A DNA stretch of 64,000 bases from a bacterium (GTDB taxonomy: Bacteria; Patescibacteriota; Minisyncoccia; Moranbacterales; UBA2206). How positions within the stretch are numbered: the first letter of the stretch is position 1; the number at the start of each line of letters is the position of its first letter. The stretch covers positions 2,748 through 66,747 of the forward strand of contig JAYSLY010000014.1 in NCBI GenBank assembly GCA_043725085.1, given 5' to 3'. The notes beneath the pieces were generated by a model, which was not told the origin of the DNA, ran no database searches, and saw only the letters and a program-made list of their open reading frames with translations. Both the position numbers and the translations under genes were made by a program. Positions 28,456-38,800 of this stretch are shown piece after piece.

Positions 28456-29584
28456 TTATAAGTTTAACATATTTCCCCGTAATTAATTCGGGACTGAAAC
28501 ATTTAGCGAAATATTCACGCTGAAGAGCTGTTTTTACTTTAGCCTCGGCATAATTTTCAATAATTGCGTCTATTTTTTCCATAAACTCATTCTCATCATT
28601 CTGACTCGTGACAACATTATCATAATCAGAAAATGTCCTAATATACTCCGCTACTCCACAATTCCTTGTTATAATCGTTGGCGTTCCAAGAGTAATGGAT
28701 TCTACTGCGGTATAGAGGAATGACTCAAACTGTGATGGCAGGATGACCAATTTTGCATTCTTAATAATGGGATGAAGTCTTCCTTTTTCTCCAATATAGC
28801 CCAAGAAAATTACCCTATCATTCCCCTCGAAGAACCCAGACATGCCTTCGCAATCTCTTCCAACAATTACAAAGAGTGCTTCTGGATATCCAATCATTAT
28901 TCGCTCTATTATTCTTTTCAGGATAGCGCTACCTTTCTTTTTCTGCAAACTCCCATAGAAAAGAAAATAATCCTTTCCCACCAACTTCTCTGGCAAAATA
29001 CCACACTTAGTCTCATGCTTTTCTAATGTTATTGGAAGAGGAAGGATGCTCATTCTGGAAAAATCAATATTCCAGAGAAAGAATGAATATACCCCCATCA
29101 AAGAAGAGTTTGCAATAATCAACCTAGCTCTTTTTACAATAAACTTCTCAAATAAATTCAAAACAGTTCTGAAGATAAGATATTTTAGACTATTTTTTCT
29201 TTCCAAAGAATAAACTTCATGGCTTGTGCCATGCAGTCGAGCAATATATTTGTATTTTTTTCCTAAAATCATTTTAGCAAAAACCGCATAACCGCCAAAA
29301 ATTTCATCTTCTATTAAATCATATTTTCTATAGTTTCTCAGCAGCCACCAGGAAATAGCCCAATAGACCCCAAGAGGATTATGGCGATTGGCCTTCACAC
29401 GTATCACTTCAATATCCTCCTCTCGAGTCCTTTTGCTTTTCTCGAAAGAAACACTCAAAACAGAAACTTCCATAACTTGATTATGACGCTTTATGGCCTT
29501 CGCCATTTCGTACACGTAAGTTCCGATCCCGCCCGCCCCTGTTTCGGGTGGATATTCAGGGGAAATAAAGAGAATATTTTTCAT
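28421..29584 (-). CDS. glycosyltransferase (GT4/GT1, GT-B fold)
   Basis: It has a GT-B N-terminus (MKNILFISPEYPPETGAGG) and a C-terminal EGFG-type region. Confidence 0.7.
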   Translation of the reverse strand: MKNILFISPEYPPETGAGGIGTYVYEMAKAIKRHNQVMEVSVLSVSFEKSKRTREEDIEVIRVKANRHNPLGVYWAISWWLLRNYRKYDLIEDEIFGGYAVFAKMILGKKYKYIARLHGTSHEVYSLERKNSLKYLIFRTVLNLFEKFIVKRARLIIANSSLMGVYSFFLWNIDFSRMSILPLPITLEKHETKCGILPEKLVGKDYFLFYGSLQKKKGSAILKRIIERIMIGYPEALFVIVGRDCEGMSGFFEGNDRVIFLGYIGEKGRLHPIIKNAKLVILPSQFESFLYTAVESITLGTPTIITRNCGVAEYIRTFSDYDNVVTSQNDENEFMEKIDAIIENYAEAKVKTALQREYFAKCFSPELITGKYVKLINENYGKERGIC

Positions 29585-29589
29585 AGCTA

Positions 29590-31071
29590 TTATTTTCTAT
29601 TAACTACAAAATTCCACGCGTATTTTTCAATTGGAAATCTGTAAATATTATTCCTCAAAACAAACCCGAGCCACTTATTAGCAATTTTTCTGATATTTCG
29701 AGAAACTACCCCGAGATTGCCACGAAGGTTCATGGTGCCGATATAAAGATAGAGAAAAAGATTAAGTGTGTCGACATACTCCGGATTCTCCAGCCAAGGC
29801 ATTTCTTTTGTCTTGCACATATTGCCGATTGTATCATCAGAAAGTTCCGCAATCCATTCCTCATTGCTTGTCGGAATCTTGAATCCATATTCTTTTGCAT
29901 CCTCAATCAATGGCGATCCAGGGTAGGGACGATAAAGTTGCGGACCAAAAATTTTAGCATTAGGATTTTCATCAAGAAGTCTTATAATAAAATCTTTTGT
30001 CTTCAAAATCTCTGCGTAAGTTTCACCAGGTATTCCAATAATGAAAGACAAACCGATTTTAATCCCGGCTTCTTTGCACATTCGATTAGCTTTTTCAATT
30101 TCAGCAACGGTAATATTTTTGTTTAATAAATTCAGAACTCTTTGACTGCCACTTTCTGCGCCAAGATCCAGCTCAATGCAGCCCTCTTCTTTTAAGATCT
30201 TCAGAAACTCCATATCCACAACTGTTTCAAAGAGATTAGCTCTGATATTTGCAAACCAATAAAATTTCAGGTTTTTTTCTTTTTTCATTCGAATAAACTC
30301 CCGCACTCTTTGAATGGATCCAAAGAAAAATTCATCCCCAATATTAAAGTATCTAATATCATATTTTTGGATAAGTGCCTCAATCTGAGAAACAAACTCG
30401 CCCATATCCATCGCCCGCCACGTTCTGTTTTCTGCAACATTGATACAGAAACGGCATTTATACGGACAGCCAACCGAGGAAATAACATCGGCAAAACGGA
30501 CAAGCTGACTCCCATTTAAACTATTTCGTCGGTAGCCGTCAATATTTAGAAGATTGTACGGAAAAGACTTTAAGGAATACGTTTTTGATTTAACCTCCGG
30601 ATTAATTCTTACCCGTTCTCCGTCATGAAAGCAAATTCCATCGACATTCTTCCAATCCCTACCATCCGTAATTCGCTCAAATATTTCGGCTACGGTTTCA
30701 TGCCCTTCTCCGAGAACTCCAGCATCGACTTGAAAAATTTTTGCAATTTGCTCTGGAAATAGAGTAACATGGGAACCACCCCAAATAATTAGACTATTTG
30801 GAGAATTTTTTTTTATCTGCTCACTAATCATAATTGCTCTCTGAAGGTTATGAGTCATCACCGAAAGACCCACCATTTTTGGTTTGAAATTTTGGAAATA
30901 TTTACCTATTTGATTTAGGAAATCTCCATCAACTGCTTCATCATAAATATCCACAGTAACATTGCGAGCAACAAGGCTTCCAGCAACAGCTAAAATCCCC
31001 AGCGGCATAACGGCATTACCACTCCCTGGGACAACATTGCTGATATTTATCAATAAACATGTATTAGTCAT
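29590..31071 (-). CDS. B12-binding domain radical SAM enzyme
   Basis: An N-terminal cobalamin-binding-like Rossmann domain is followed by the radical SAM motif CPYKCRFC. Confidence 0.8.
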   Translation of the reverse strand: MTNTCLLINISNVVPGSGNAVMPLGILAVAGSLVARNVTVDIYDEAVDGDFLNQIGKYFQNFKPKMVGLSVMTHNLQRAIMISEQIKKNSPNSLIIWGGSHVTLFPEQIAKIFQVDAGVLGEGHETVAEIFERITDGRDWKNVDGICFHDGERVRINPEVKSKTYSLKSFPYNLLNIDGYRRNSLNGSQLVRFADVISSVGCPYKCRFCINVAENRTWRAMDMGEFVSQIEALIQKYDIRYFNIGDEFFFGSIQRVREFIRMKKEKNLKFYWFANIRANLFETVVDMEFLKILKEEGCIELDLGAESGSQRVLNLLNKNITVAEIEKANRMCKEAGIKIGLSFIIGIPGETYAEILKTKDFIIRLLDENPNAKIFGPQLYRPYPGSPLIEDAKEYGFKIPTSNEEWIAELSDDTIGNMCKTKEMPWLENPEYVDTLNLFLYLYIGTMNLRGNLGVVSRNIRKIANKWLGFVLRNNIYRFPIEKYAWNFVVNRK

Positions 31072-31085
31072 ACTCTTTTAACTTT

Positions 31086-31622
31086 TTACGTTGTTGATTC
31101 TGCTAATTTTTGTTTTTTAGAAAAATAGCTGGTCACAAACTCAAAAAAACCAAAAATAATAACTGAGTAAACCAAATCGCCAGCGATAGTGTTTCTAAAG
31201 AATGGGATTGCCATCATAAAACACGTCTCCAGTCCAGCGAGTGTTTTAGGATACCAGGAAGTAAAAATCCAAACCGATGCATTAGTAAACAGAAAGAAAA
31301 TTACCGAGCTAATAATGGACACAACGATCAAGATATACCACCTTTTATGATTTGAATAGACTCGTCCCAATAAAAAGGTCGCCAAAAAACACAAATACAC
31401 AAAAAACATTAATTTTATATCATAAAGTCCAATAAATAAATCACTAATAAATAATGCCAAAAATGGGACAATAAGCCAGCGATATTTCTTCATATAGCAC
31501 CCAGAAAATAATGCCATAGCAGTAATAGGAGTAAAATTAAGTGGGTGCTTTATCAATCTAGCGCTGGCCAAAAGCAAAATAACACCAATGATTATTATCC
31601 TGTCTAAATATTTCTTACTCAT
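31086..31622 (-). CDS. hypothetical polytopic membrane protein
   Basis: The 178-aa ORF has 4-5 TM helices; no family was recognised. Confidence 0.3.
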   Translation of the reverse strand: MSKKYLDRIIIIGVILLLASARLIKHPLNFTPITAMALFSGCYMKKYRWLIVPFLALFISDLFIGLYDIKLMFFVYLCFLATFLLGRVYSNHKRWYILIVVSIISSVIFFLFTNASVWIFTSWYPKTLAGLETCFMMAIPFFRNTIAGDLVYSVIIFGFFEFVTSYFSKKQKLAESTT

Positions 31623-33456
31623 AGTATTTCCTGTGCCAATAATTAAAATTAAAAATTCTCAAAAGTTTAAAACGATGATCCATCTTGCCTGTCATATGTT
31701 CATCATAGATCAGCTTTACATATCCTAGATCAAAAAATCCATTGTCTTTAAATAAAAATTCTTGAAATAAGTCCTTTAGTTCCCGCCTAATCCACTTGTC
31801 CAATGGTACACCAAAACCGCTTTTTTTTCTATAGACAAGATCTTGGTCGAAATATTTGCTGGCTAGTTTTTTTAGAACATATTTTTGCTCGCCATTTCTA
31901 ATTTTCCATTTTCCAGAAAGCGAAAAAGCAAACTCCGCTAAATCCTTGTCCAAAAGCGGATTGCGCATCTCAAGCGATGTCGCCATTGTCGCCCGGTCCC
32001 CCTTCACAAGATACCAGTCAGGCAATTGAATTTTGCAATCTAAAAATAAACTTCTGTTTATCGCATCTTTTTGTTCGAAAGTATTTTCATATTTTCGCGC
32101 TTCTTCAAAAACCAGATCGAGTTTTATTGGTTTTTTTAATAATTTTTCCGCTTCTTCCGGTAGAAAGCTACCGCTGCCAAAAATAAACTGACGCGCACTA
32201 AAATCCAAACCGAAGCTTTTCAATAATTTATAATATGGGCTTTTTTTAGAGATAAGTTTTCCGCCAAGTTCGGAAAGGAAACCCAAAAAACCAAAGTCCT
32301 CAATAAATTTCTGCGCTTTATATTTATTATATCCTCCAAAAATTTCATCCCCACCATCACCGCTCAAAACTACAGTAATTTTATCCTTAGCAAATTTAGA
32401 AACGAAATAGAGTGGAATGATTGCTGCATCCGCCATTGGTTCATCCAGATAATCCAAAATTTCTAAGAAATTTTCCTGGACAATTTGGTCTTCAAAATAG
32501 CAAAGATTATAATTTATGCCCAGCTTATTTGCCACTCTCTTGGCATACTCCGATTCATCCGCTTCAGGCGAATTCTTATAGCAAACAGTAAACGCATTTG
32601 TTTGTGGAGAATATCCGGAAAGATACTTTGCGATTAAACTACTATCCACACCTCCGCTCAAAAAGATTCCTAAGGGAACATCTGCCATTAGTCTTTTTTC
32701 AACTGATTTCTTAATTAATTCCTCTACTCTGCTCAATACTTCATTCTCTGGATAATTATTTTTTATTTTAACATCTTCCAATTTCCAAAAATCATATCTA
32801 TTGATTATTTTCCAATTCTTCAAATCAAACTGGAAAGTAGTCGCCGGTTCTAGTTTTTTTATTTTGTCAAATATGCTATTAGGCGAAGGAATGTAGCCAT
32901 AAAATAAATATTTTGCTAAGGATGACTCGTCAATTTTTAATTTTTGTTTAATTTGCGGATTCTCAATAATCGCCTTAAGCTCTGATGCAAAACAAAAAAT
33001 TTCTTCGTCCAAATAGTAATACAGCGGTTTTTTCCCAAAATGATCACGCGCCAGCGTCAGGAGATTATTTTTTTTGTCATAAATAGCAAAGGCAAACATC
33101 CCCTCGATTTTTTCCACTATTTTTTGCCCAAACTCCTCATAGCCATGAATCAAAACCTCCGTGTCTGACTTGCTTTTCCACTGATGATCGCCTCCCAATT
33201 CTTTTTTAACATTTTGATAATTATATATTTCGCCATTGAAAATTATGGCGATACTTTCATCTTCATTAAACATTGGCTGCTTTCCAGCTTCTGAAAGATC
33301 AATGATAGAAAGACGTCTTTGACCCAAGGCAATATTATCAACAAAAAAATCACCCGACTGATCGGGGCCTCTTTTTTTGAGAGTATTGAGCATTTCCGAA
33401 AATAGCTCTTGATTTACCGGTCCAGTTCTATTTAATTGTCCTAAAATTCCACACAT
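31615..33456 (-). CDS. asnB: asparagine synthase (glutamine-hydrolysing) family amidotransferase
   Basis: The N-terminal nucleophile MCGI and the PP-loop SGGVDSS are present in a 613-aa ORF. Confidence 0.85.
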   Translation of the reverse strand: MCGILGQLNRTGPVNQELFSEMLNTLKKRGPDQSGDFFVDNIALGQRRLSIIDLSEAGKQPMFNEDESIAIIFNGEIYNYQNVKKELGGDHQWKSKSDTEVLIHGYEEFGQKIVEKIEGMFAFAIYDKKNNLLTLARDHFGKKPLYYYLDEEIFCFASELKAIIENPQIKQKLKIDESSLAKYLFYGYIPSPNSIFDKIKKLEPATTFQFDLKNWKIINRYDFWKLEDVKIKNNYPENEVLSRVEELIKKSVEKRLMADVPLGIFLSGGVDSSLIAKYLSGYSPQTNAFTVCYKNSPEADESEYAKRVANKLGINYNLCYFEDQIVQENFLEILDYLDEPMADAAIIPLYFVSKFAKDKITVVLSGDGGDEIFGGYNKYKAQKFIEDFGFLGFLSELGGKLISKKSPYYKLLKSFGLDFSARQFIFGSGSFLPEEAEKLLKKPIKLDLVFEEARKYENTFEQKDAINRSLFLDCKIQLPDWYLVKGDRATMATSLEMRNPLLDKDLAEFAFSLSGKWKIRNGEQKYVLKKLASKYFDQDLVYRKKSGFGVPLDKWIRRELKDLFQEFLFKDNGFFDLGYVKLIYDEHMTGKMDHRFKLLRIFNFNYWHRKYYE

Positions 33457-34371
33457 TTATTTTCCCAAAGAATTTCTTAGTTTTCCGGTAAGAAAATACC
33501 ACATTCCGTCAAGAAATCCCTTCCAATAGAGTTTGATTAAGTCAAATCTTCTCTCCCGAAGCATCAAAATAGAATAGGTCAATGGCCAAAACCAGGAAAA
33601 AACTATCAGATATACAACTTTCTGATACCACTTGCCATAGCGAGAAACCATCACTGCCCTGTTTCGCATTAAGCAATAGGCTTTTTGCGTATACTGTCCG
33701 CCCAATGCCCTTGAACGCATGACATCATCCGAGCTAACGTCGTGATAAATCTTGGCCTTTTTTATTATTCCACATTTATAACCATACTTTCTAGCATTAA
33801 AAGCAAAGTCTGGTTCAGTGAAAGTCTGAATTAATTTTTCATCAAAAAGACCACATTCATCAAAAACTTTTTTTCTGATCAGAAAGGCGTTAGGAATGCC
33901 ATCACTCTCACAAACTGACCGACCTGCCTTATCAATCATTCCTGAAGTTTTTCCGGTTAATAAATTTATCCTCTGAAAATCCAAATACTTTTCCTTGGTG
34001 CTTAAATAATACATTGATGGACCAACTATACCATAAATTTTATTTCTTTGAGCAAAATCAACCAATTCATTCAGCATCTCCGAATCAAACACGTTGTCAT
34101 CATCAATAAACATCAGATACTCACCGATTGACTCCTTAACGCCAATATTCCGCGATTTAACCATCATTTTCTGTTTGACATTGTGAACAATTTTTATGTT
34201 AGAAAAATCAAAATCTTTAATCTCAAGTTTCTCGGTTCCATCATCAGAGCTATCATCAACAATTATCAGTTCCCACTCTAGCTTTTTAAAATTAGATCGG
34301 CGTACCGATTCAAGACACCTAATCAGATCCTTTTTTCTATTTCTTGTTGTTATGATAATTGATAGATCCAT
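33457..34371 (-). CDS. glycosyltransferase family 2
   Basis: It has the GT-A N-terminus (LSIIITTRNRKKDLIRCLESV) and a DDD-type motif (FIDDDN). Confidence 0.75.
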   Translation of the reverse strand: MDLSIIITTRNRKKDLIRCLESVRRSNFKKLEWELIIVDDSSDDGTEKLEIKDFDFSNIKIVHNVKQKMMVKSRNIGVKESIGEYLMFIDDDNVFDSEMLNELVDFAQRNKIYGIVGPSMYYLSTKEKYLDFQRINLLTGKTSGMIDKAGRSVCESDGIPNAFLIRKKVFDECGLFDEKLIQTFTEPDFAFNARKYGYKCGIIKKAKIYHDVSSDDVMRSRALGGQYTQKAYCLMRNRAVMVSRYGKWYQKVVYLIVFSWFWPLTYSILMLRERRFDLIKLYWKGFLDGMWYFLTGKLRNSLGK

Positions 34372-34379
34372 TTTTTTGA

Positions 34380-34880
34380 TTATTTATGGTCCTCATTAAA
34401 TCTGTTTTTTATAAATCTCGCAGGAACCCCACCAACTATCGTGTAGGGATCAACGTTTTTTGTTACTACTGCATTAGCGCCAACAATAGAACCCTCCCCG
34501 ATTGTTACACCCGGAGACACAACAACGTTTGCCCCAAGCCAAACGTCATCTTTTATCACCACCAGGCCCATACTTTCTCCCTGAGACATCATTGGAACTC
34601 CTCTTTTCCTATACTCATGATTTGACGTCAATATATTGCAATTTGGAGCAATCATTACATTATTGCCGATTCTCAATCCGCCCTGGCCCGATATTGTCGT
34701 ATAACGATTAATACTGACATTGTTTCCAATTTCAATTCCAAAAGGACTCATAATATAGCATCCCTTCATGATATATACGCCCACGCCCATTTTTTTGCAA
34801 AACAGACCCCAAAAAACGGCCCGCATTCTGGAGGTTAAAAATACCGTTTTATTGAAAATTTTTTGCGACAAAACCCCTAA
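34380..34880 (-). CDS. hexapeptide-repeat (LbH) acetyl/acyltransferase
   Basis: Left-handed beta-helix hexapeptide repeats are present (GANVVVSPGVTIGEGSIVGANAVV...GGVPARFI). The start is uncertain and was trimmed to avoid overlap with the upstream GT4. Confidence 0.7.
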   Translation of the reverse strand, partial: LGVLSQKIFNKTVFLTSRMRAVFWGLFCKKMGVGVYIMKGCYIMSPFGIEIGNNVSINRYTTISGQGGLRIGNNVMIAPNCNILTSNHEYRKRGVPMMSQGESMGLVVIKDDVWLGANVVVSPGVTIGEGSIVGANAVVTKNVDPYTIVGGVPARFIKNRFNEDHK

Positions 34881-34882
34881 CA

Positions 34883-36070
34883 TTAAGTTACTTTTTTTAC
34901 ATTTTTTGTTAAAATCAATTCCAATTCTTCTCTGAAAACTACATCCCAATTAAACTTTTTCGCATATGCAATGGCATTTTTGCGATATTCTTTCAAAGTT
35001 TTTTCATCTTTGAGAAGAGCCACCACCTTCTGAGCAATCTCGTTTTTATCTTGACTAATGATGAATCCACAATGCTTTTCCTCGATTTCTTTTGCATTGT
35101 GTGAAACATCGGAAAGCAAAATTGGCAACCCTCCTGCTAAATAAGCTTTAATTTTCCCCGGATCGGAAAAATTTGTAAAACTCAGATTGCCATTTTGATC
35201 GTATTTTTCATACAACGCAACCGCGCAAGCACACCGGGAAAGCATTTTTTCCACATCACTATGCTTTTCCACATAACCGGTAAATTCGATAAATTCCGCC
35301 ACTTCCAATTTTCTCGCTTGCTCTTTTAATTTTTCCAGATATTCTCCGCCACCAATTACTAGAAATTTAAAATCGGAAACTTCCTTTATTATAGCAGGAA
35401 TTGCTGAAATAACATATTGCACGCCCTGTTTTTCCAGAATATGCCCCATAAAGACCAGCTTGCGCTTTTCAATCTGAGAAAAATCTAACCGCGGAAAACG
35501 CGAAAACCAAATCCCAATGGGAACTGTTTTTTGCGTTCCTCCGCTAAAATTAAAGTATTTTTTCCGCCCTTCCGCCATTCGAGAAGACAGATTCCAGGTT
35601 TCATCAGCGCACTTAACGCAAAACTGATCAAGTTTGTGGTAGATATAATTTAAAAAAGTATTCTGAAATCGCTTAGGATTGTAGTCAATAACATAATAAG
35701 CGACCTTTTCGACTTTACCTAATTTCCTAAGAATAATTCCTGAAAAAGCATTTAGATTATCACTGCCGACATACAAATTCCATTTTTCACCAGTTGTCCA
35801 AGTCCAAAAAATATTCAGAAAAATATCCTTGAGATACGCGATTGGCGCAGGAATTCTCCTTATTTTTCCATAGCTTTTCTTTTTAAGTTCTCCCTTTTCA
35901 TACTGCTCATAGCCAGAACCCTTTAACTTTTTATTATAAAACAACGGGTGTCCAATAAATAGAATTTTCCCACTTTTTTCCTTTAGCAAATATTCCCGCA
36001 AATCCTGCGCTGGTCCGGTTGTATAGACATGCGTAGCAATCACTATTTTTTTATCTTCCAACTCAAGCAT
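34883..36070 (-). CDS. glycosyltransferase family 4
   Basis: The 395-aa ORF has a GT-B fold and a C-terminal GGLPILLSD...E motif. Confidence 0.7.
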   Translation of the reverse strand: MLELEDKKIVIATHVYTTGPAQDLREYLLKEKSGKILFIGHPLFYNKKLKGSGYEQYEKGELKKKSYGKIRRIPAPIAYLKDIFLNIFWTWTTGEKWNLYVGSDNLNAFSGIILRKLGKVEKVAYYVIDYNPKRFQNTFLNYIYHKLDQFCVKCADETWNLSSRMAEGRKKYFNFSGGTQKTVPIGIWFSRFPRLDFSQIEKRKLVFMGHILEKQGVQYVISAIPAIIKEVSDFKFLVIGGGEYLEKLKEQARKLEVAEFIEFTGYVEKHSDVEKMLSRCACAVALYEKYDQNGNLSFTNFSDPGKIKAYLAGGLPILLSDVSHNAKEIEEKHCGFIISQDKNEIAQKVVALLKDEKTLKEYRKNAIAYAKKFNWDVVFREELELILTKNVKKVT

Positions 36071-36992
36071 AGTTTTCCAAAAAATAACTTATCGTCATTT
36101 TTAAACCCTTATCTAAATCAATTTCGTGTTTCCAACCAAGATTGTTAAGCTTGCTAACGTCAAGTAGTTTGCGAGGCGTTCCATCCGGCTTCTGAGTATC
36201 CCAAACAATCTCACCGGCAAAACCAATTATCTTTTTGATTTTCTCCGCTAGCTCCTTAATACTAACATCCTTGCCTGTGCCAATATTAATAATTTCTTCG
36301 CTAGAATAGTTATTCATCAAATATACACAAGCGTCCGCCAAATCATCAACATGCAAAAATTCCCGCTTCGGCGTTCCCGTGCCCCATAAAATTACTTCTT
36401 TTTTATTTTCTCTTTTTGCCTCGTAAAATTTTCGAATTAAAGCCGGAAGAACATGGCTCGATTCCAGATCAAAATTATCATTCGGACCATATAAATTTGT
36501 CGGCATAACTGAGATAAAATTAGTACCATATTGCTCATTAAAGCTTTGGCACATCTTTATTCCGGCAATTTTAGCCATCGCATAAGCATCATTAGTCTCC
36601 TCAAGCGGTCCGGTCATAAAATATTCCTCCTTGATGGGTTGTGAACAAAGTTTAGGATAAATACACGACGAACCCAGAAATAAAAGCTTTTTTACACCAG
36701 ATTTCCAAGCCGCATGAATGACATTATTTTGAATTTCCAAATTTTCATAGATAAAATCCGCTTTTTTGGCTTTATTCGCCATAATTCCTCCAACTTTAGC
36801 TGCAGCCAAAAAAACATACTCCGGTTTTTCCAGAGCAAAAAAATTTTCCACTGCCATTTTGTCTAAAAGATCAAGACTCACACGATCTTTTAAGATTAAA
36901 TTTGAAAAACCCTCCGCAGAAAGTTTGCGCACCAACGCTGAGCCAACAAGACCTCTATGCCCAGCCACAAAAATTTTTGCGTTTTTTTCCAT
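36063..36992 (-). CDS. fcl: GDP-L-fucose synthase (GDP-4-keto-6-deoxymannose 3,5-epimerase/4-reductase)
   Basis: It is an SDR with an Fcl-type N-terminus (KIFVAGHRGLVGSA) and lies immediately downstream of gmd. Confidence 0.85.
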   Translation of the reverse strand: MEKNAKIFVAGHRGLVGSALVRKLSAEGFSNLILKDRVSLDLLDKMAVENFFALEKPEYVFLAAAKVGGIMANKAKKADFIYENLEIQNNVIHAAWKSGVKKLLFLGSSCIYPKLCSQPIKEEYFMTGPLEETNDAYAMAKIAGIKMCQSFNEQYGTNFISVMPTNLYGPNDNFDLESSHVLPALIRKFYEAKRENKKEVILWGTGTPKREFLHVDDLADACVYLMNNYSSEEIINIGTGKDVSIKELAEKIKKIIGFAGEIVWDTQKPDGTPRKLLDVSKLNNLGWKHEIDLDKGLKMTISYFLENYA

Positions 36993-38033
36993 TTATTTAT
37001 TCAACCTCATTTCTTCTTGCAAGTCCGCTTCGGCCATAATCTTGACCAACTCTTTGAATTTTGTTTTTGCGCTCCAGCCAAGCTGTGTTTTAGCTTTGGT
37101 CGGATCGCCAATTAACAGGTCGACTTCCGCCGGTCGGAAATATTTCGGGTCAATCTCGATGATTACTTTTCCGGTTTTTTTATCGATGCCTTTTTCATTC
37201 ATATCTGCTCCTCTCCACTCCAAATCAAACCCTAAATGCACCGCTGTTTCTTCAATAAACTCTCGCACCGTGTGCGTTTCTCCCGTTGCCAAAACATAAT
37301 CATCCGGTTTTTCTTGTTGGAGCATAAGCCACATTCCTTCGACATAGTCTTTAGCATAGCCCCAATCTCTTTTAGCATTGATATTTCCCAGATAGAGTTT
37401 TTCTTCCAAGCCCAATTTAATCCTTGAGAGTCCCCGCGTGATTTTCCTGGTCACAAAAGTTTCCCCGCGCCTTGGCGACTCATGATTAAACAAAATTCCA
37501 TTACAAGCAAACAAATCATAACTCTCTCTGTAATTAACAGTAATCCAGTAAGCATAAATTTTAGCACAAGCATAAGGCGAACGCGGATAAAAAGGAGTAG
37601 TTTCCCGCTGAGGAATCTCTTGGACTTTTCCATACAGCTCGCTGCTTGATGCTTGATAAAATTTGGTATTAATGCCTGTCTCTTTTATAGCATCCAGAAG
37701 TCTAAGTGTCCCTAGGCCCGTAACATCTCCGGTATATTCAGGTATGTCAAAACTAACCCGAACATGTGATTGCGCTGCAAGATTATATATCTCATCCGGC
37801 TTTATCTTTTCAATAATTCGAGAGATATTACTTCCATCAGACAAATCGCCATAGTGCAAAAAAAGTCGTACTCCATTAATGTGAGAGTCTTCATAGAGGT
37901 GATCAATTCTTTTCGTGTTGAAAGTTGAGGCACGACGGATTACTCCATGTACCTCATAGCCTTTTTCTAAAAGCAACTCCGCCAAATATGACCCATCCTG
38001 TCCTGTTATTCCTGTTATTAATGCTTTTTTCAT
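36993..38033 (-). CDS. gmd: GDP-mannose 4,6-dehydratase
   Basis: It has the Gmd N-terminus [30 protein letters not shown]. Confidence 0.9.
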   Translation of the reverse strand: MKKALITGITGQDGSYLAELLLEKGYEVHGVIRRASTFNTKRIDHLYEDSHINGVRLFLHYGDLSDGSNISRIIEKIKPDEIYNLAAQSHVRVSFDIPEYTGDVTGLGTLRLLDAIKETGINTKFYQASSSELYGKVQEIPQRETTPFYPRSPYACAKIYAYWITVNYRESYDLFACNGILFNHESPRRGETFVTRKITRGLSRIKLGLEEKLYLGNINAKRDWGYAKDYVEGMWLMLQQEKPDDYVLATGETHTVREFIEETAVHLGFDLEWRGADMNEKGIDKKTGKVIIEIDPKYFRPAEVDLLIGDPTKAKTQLGWSAKTKFKELVKIMAEADLQEEMRLNK

Positions 38034-38160
38034 ATTTATATTTTATAATCAGTTTTGCAAAGATAAATTACTGCAAAAACTATCCGGCATTTTTTATATC
38101 CCGCTTGAAAAAATTTACACCAAAGCTTTTTCCAATTTTATCAAATATCGCTTCTAAACG

Positions 38161-38688
38161 CTATTTATCCCTCACCACCATCCCGCCAGCCAACGTTTTT
38201 TGATTCAGCGCTTTTTCGATTCGTTCCAGCTTAGCTTCAATTTGTTTTCTCCAAGATAAATCCCAACCCTTCTTTTCGTAATTTTCTTCCAGATCTTTTC
38301 TGAGCCTTTGCAAGTCATCTTCGATGTGCGAAAGATAATCAAGAATTTGAGCTTGTCCGGATTTCAGATCTGACACATCTACTTTCAAAACAGACACATC
38401 GGATTTTAGGTCAGCTACATCAGTTTTCAGAATAGAAACATCAGATTTCAAAACTGACACATCAGATTTTAGAATTGACACGTCGGATTTGAGAACAGAA
38501 ATATCTGCCTCCATATGATCCATCTTCCCCTCCATGCGATCCATACGATCATCCAATTTACCAATAGACCGATCCAATCCTTGATGCCCTTCTGCTATCA
38601 ATTTCATATCACTCCGCATATCTTCCAGCAGAATTGTTAAGTAGTCCTTCTTTCTATCCTCTTCTTTTTTAGCTTTTTTTATTGCCAT
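38161..38688 (-). CDS. small coiled-coil protein with seven tandem heptad repeats
   Basis: The repeat (I/V)SVLKSDVS x7 is encoded by 21-bp tandem DNA repeats at ~38380..38510. Its N-terminal ~45 aa is homologous to ORF 47730..48140. Confidence 0.5.
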   Translation of the reverse strand: MAIKKAKKEEDRKKDYLTILLEDMRSDMKLIAEGHQGLDRSIGKLDDRMDRMEGKMDHMEADISVLKSDVSILKSDVSVLKSDVSILKTDVADLKSDVSVLKVDVSDLKSGQAQILDYLSHIEDDLQRLRKDLEENYEKKGWDLSWRKQIEAKLERIEKALNQKTLAGGMVVRDK

Positions 38689-38727
38689 AAACTTAAGTTA
38701 AGATTCGTAACCGGCATTTTTCCATTA

Positions 38728-38761
38728 TAGCACATCCTGGCTATTGCTTCCAATTTTCCCG
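38728..38761. repeat. 34-bp direct repeat copy 1 (TAGCACATCCTGGCTATTGCTTCCAATTTTCCCG)
   Basis: It is identical to 40207..40240, and the pair flanks the AlbA_2-domain gene. Confidence 0.85.
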
Positions 38762-38800
38762 CCAAAAAAGTATTTCGACTCCTCATCCGATCCGCCACTT

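Noticed and set aside
38380-38510. Regularly spaced 21-bp repeats that at first glance resemble a short CRISPR-like array.
   Set aside because: The repeats are contiguous tandem units with no spacers, lie inside an ORF, and encode heptad repeats (LKSDVSV). No CRISPR array or cas genes are present in the window.
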